Assembly (NCBI GenBank): GCA_001643675.2
Contig: LSRY02000095.1
Span: forward strand, 1 to 26,085
Origin: Monocercomonoides exilis PA203
Lineage: Eukaryota > Protista > Preaxostyla
DNA length: 26,085 nucleotides
Reading direction: 5' to 3'
Shown piece after piece: positions 21,888 through 26,085 of this stretch (position 1 is its first letter; every line of letters starts with the position of its first letter). Made by a program: the position numbers and the translations under genes. The notes beneath the pieces are model-generated. The model was given only the letters and a program-made list of their open reading frames with translations, was not told the DNA's origin and ran no database searches.

Positions 21888-24800
21888 AGTTTTTCGAAAA
21901 GATGGCACTTCGAGGTCAGTCCATAATCACATATAAAAATTATCATAGAAAATATTCATTTTCATAGAAAAATATACTAACTGGATGGAGAAATATCACA
22001 CCAATCTTAGCAATTACACCACATCCACCCACCACTAACATCCCCCAACATATCCTCTAACTCCGGTCACTTGCCTCTCCTTCACTCTCCACAGCTCACC
22101 AAGTCAATACCCCCAAGTCACTTTTCTATGTGAAATAATCAAGACTGAACTCAAAACAACTAGCCGCTCGGATTTCTCAGCAACCACTGGGCCGATCGAA
22201 ACCCCGTTTGGCCACATCCGGGCATGGGTTACTGTGCCGGTCATATGTGTTTCGATTCAGCCACTTGCCTCTGGTTCGCTCTGTGACTTCACCAACCAGG
22301 CACCCCCAGTCAACTTCAAATTTTATTTTCTGGACAGCCTGCCAGACCCCGCCACCAACACCCATATGCATGCTATTACCGCACTATATATATATCATAT
22401 TATATCAAATTTATTCTGGCCATTACTTGGAGTTATACTCTGATTTACCTCAAAAATGACCATTTTCACTCAAAATTCGATTATAACTCGAAACTACAGA
22501 TAAGTGTATCCAACAAAAATCACCAATATACAACATTACAATGCATATTCATGTGTTTAATCATATTTTATATCGACTTTGAAATTTTCGAGAAAAAATT
22601 TTCAGTCAAAATCACAAACTTGTCCGAACTGCCCTGCCACAACCGCTCGGTAGAAAAAATTTAGATTCGAGTATGTTTATAAGGGGCCCACGTCCTTGCC
22701 ACCTGCCAATTATCAAAGGAATCTGAGACCCCACATTTTTCGGTCGTTGATCTAAGATCACCACTTTTTTCAAATTCATATGACATTTTCTCACTAACCA
22801 GACCAATCTGGCCGAGAAAAAATTCAGCGGACTATTCGCGAATTATCCGAACTTTTTGTGTTTTCAAGTTTCGATCACAACTTTCATAAAAACCGATTTT
22901 CACCATTTTTCATTTTTCTGACTTACTTGAGCTAAATTCAACTTAATCAGAAAAATAATTCTCACATTTTTCGAATTTTTGACCATGACTTCAAAAATTC
23001 ACAAATGGTCCAACTAACACTGTAAAGTCTCACGACTTAGAAAATTTATTTATCGAGATATTTTTAAAATTTCGCCAAAATTTTGACTGAAAAAATTTTA
23101 TTTAACATATCATTCCACAATTTGAATCAATTTCTGATTTTAATATCAATCAATTCCTCTCATATTATTACCTATATGCGTAACTTTTCATCAACCACTA
23201 ATTCCTACTTTTATTAAAATCATTTTTTGAAAAAATGTTTGATCTAGATCAAAACCATTTTTCTATGTTAAGAATTCGACTTCTCAAAAACAGTTAGTTA
23301 CCAATCTCACTATACACCAACACATTCCCCACCCCTCATAACCTATACAAAATATTATTTTCAAATTTATCTGTTCATGGAATAAATGAAAAATATTAAT
23401 TAAGATAAAATTATGGAAAAAATTATTTTCATGAGGATTTCTTTCAATATTAAAAATAAAAATAATAGAGAGTATTATATGATTACTATTTATTTAATAA
23501 AAAATTGAGTTGAAGGATGTTATAAAAATAAAAATTAAATTTTATTCAAAAATAGTGAAAAATGAAAATATTTTTTTATCTCCAAAATTGATGGACAGAC
23601 TAACATCAAAAAAATATATAATATACAATATCATAATATCATTATTGTTGAATTTTTTCAATAGAATGAAAAAGTCAGTTGTTGAGAAAAAAAATATTAA
23701 AAATAAAAAATTAAAAAAATAATAACATCACAAAGAAAAGTTGAATTCAATTGGTTTTTTATATAATATAATATATATAATATAGATGATAATAATATAT
23801 AAGAACATTGATATTGATGGTTGGTTCTGAGCAAACAAAAAAGTATCTTATTTTTGTTAATATTTCAGAATGTTATTTTTTCATTATTATTCAACCACAA
23901 CTAACAATATTCTTTCAATTATATCATCATAATTAATATTATCATATCATATCTTCTATCCAAATTTCATCAAAAATAAAAAATAAAAAGTTTAAAAAAT
24001 TAATTTATCATATCATGAGGAATACATATCAGATTTTAATAAAAATTATATCAAAAGAAAGATAAGTAGAAAAAGATATTTTATAAGAAAATATTGTATT
24101 TTTCCAAAAAATAAAAACAAAAATATCGATTTTCCATTGAAAATGACCCTTTTTTCCTTATTTTTCAAAATTTTCGCAACCGCGAGGTCAGGGAAAGATC
24201 ATCTCGCGCGCTATTTCAGGCGCTCGTTGATGAAATCTGCGCACATCAATCCTGCGCGCAGATATTCATCCATCTCGCGAAAAATGAAGAAGAGTAAAAA
24301 GTTCAAAAGAAAAAAGATAAAAGTTAAAGATTTCGGGGAGGGGCAAAATTTTCAACAAAAATTTGAAAACCTTCAAATTTGTATACATAGCAGGAGTGAC
24401 AAGATGGTGGTGTTATTTTTAAAAAATGAAGGCCTTTTCTGATGGGTAAGAGTCTCACCCAATGGCCGACGCGCCACACGGCAAAGTTCGGTCGCTGCCT
24501 CGCCCTTTGCCGCGTTTGTCGCGCGCCCCACCCCACGTAATGGTTTCTTCCTTATTCCTTTTCATTTTCAGAAGTCAGAAACTTTTTCCTTGAAGTCAAA
24601 AATTTTTTAAAACTTCAATGTTTTCAGTGAATATTATCCAAAAAGATGGATCTATTTGATTAATATCATCACATTGAAACCATTGAAGAAGTCCCTTTCT
24701 TCTTTTTATTGAGTCAGAAACTTTTTTAAAGTGTTATTTTTGATCTACAAAATTTGATTCAAAAAATACTTCAAAGAAATGATGACTTAACCAAGATTAA

Positions 24801-25989
24801 TATCATCATATCTTTGAAGAAGTTTTCTCAAGGAGATGATAGAAACTTATTTTTGATATTATTTTTTGACTCTCAAAGTTTCATCCTTTATGACTTTTCC
24901 CACATTGGATTCCCTCAAATTCCCATTTATTTTTTTTCCTTTCCCAAAATTCTTTTGGGGGTAGTACTTCATCCATGGTATTATTAAGGCTTTCCAATCA
25001 TCCGTCCTTAAAGTTTTTTCAATGTTTTTATATTCAATCATTCATACAAACGTTTTCAAAAGTTTAAAGAGAATATCTATGAATTTTAAAACATTTACTT
25101 GTGGAGATTTTAGACGGACTTTTTTTCGTTTCCACTTAATCAAAATGGATAAATGGACAATATTCAGAGTTAAGCCTCAGTAAATCGTGCAAACAAAACA
25201 CTCTGAGACGCACAGCCCTCTGATAACATGGATTCGTCTAATCCGTCCTTCTCAGGCATGACCCCTTTACCAATATTCTCATTTATCTTTACAATAGCCA
25301 GGCAAAACTATGGTCCGGCGAATGAAACGATTAATTCCAAACTAATGAAATCCGTTTAATACATCCACCATATGTTTTTATTGGACCAACCGTTCGGCCA
25401 AATCTTTCAAAGGCGGTACAACCAATCCTTCAAGATCCTCGACTTGGAAATAAAATATTCAATTTCCTTAAAATTTACTCCCTTGTAAAGCAGTATAATA
25501 TAGAATCTCAGTCTATATACCAGCTTCCATCCACAAGGCATTTAAAGGAGATACAAGACCCATCACAATATATTCTAGTCATATATATTCTACAGCTCAC
25601 ACCTGGAAGATACGACCCCATTTACACACATCCCATTACAGGATCTTCCCTTATCCAATCGTCGCCGACCGTAGATAGGAGGGTTGTCAATATCCTCGAT
25701 GGCCATGGTCTTAATTTCCATATCTCTATTTTTATCCAAAATCAATTCTTTCCCTTTGGGAAACATGCCCAGGAGATTATCAATATAATCCTTCAATTGT
25801 CATATATTAGCTAAATTTCGAATAGATTCTGACTTAGAGGCGTTCAGTCATAATCCAACGTATGGTAGCTTCGCGGCACTAGTTTCTCAACTAACCGCAA
25901 ATGCCAATTATACGATTCTAGGGTTCCTCTCGTACTTACTAGAATTACCATCTTGACAATAATTACATAATATCAGTAGGGTAAAACTA

Positions 25990-26027
<38 letters not shown>

Positions 26028-26085
26028 TGTTAGTGGGTGAACAATCCAACACTTGGGCGTGAATTCGCTTCGCAATGATAGGGAA
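21888..26085 (-). repeat. Second rDNA unit, partial (spacer, 3'ETS and LSU 3' end)
   Basis: Colinear direct copy of about 3691-8063, with many small indels and substitutions. Confidence 0.95.
25157..26085 (-). rRNA. LSU rRNA 3' portion of the second unit (truncated by window end)
   Basis: Near-identical to 7133-8063, including gacttagaggcgttcagtc, the sarcin-ricin loop and aaacccagctcacgttccc. Confidence 0.95.

Noticed and set aside
3109-25796. All short ORFs other than 9266-9823, including 9103-9375, 18155-18583 and 21540-21926
   Set aside because: They overlap rRNA, ETS or spacer, have low-complexity translations and no recognisable domains, and frames are not kept between the two units.

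Overview
This is a eukaryotic chromosome (or linear rDNA molecule) end. A ~3.0-kb (CCCTAA)n telomere is followed by a short subtelomeric patchwork and a head-to-tail rDNA array transcribed on the - strand, towards the telomere. One complete ~18.2-kb unit is present (5'ETS, ~2.98-kb 18S, ITS1, 5.8S, ITS2, ~6-kb LSU, spacer), plus the spacer and LSU 3' end of a second, noticeably different unit. The LSU carries a 952-nt group I intron (IE-type core, site L1923) with an apparently intact His-Cys box homing endonuclease ORF inserted antisense in the P2.1 loop. This is the only credible protein-coding gene. The intergenic spacer is unusual: the putative Pol I promoter region has an inverted copy about 2 kb away, the two copies enclose a degenerate ~190-bp repeat array, and a further copy of the same motif marks the point where the array is capped by an interstitial telomere remnant. 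The host is an AT-rich microbial eukaryote with greatly expanded rRNAs and could not be identified from sequence alone. Some indels look like long-read errors.
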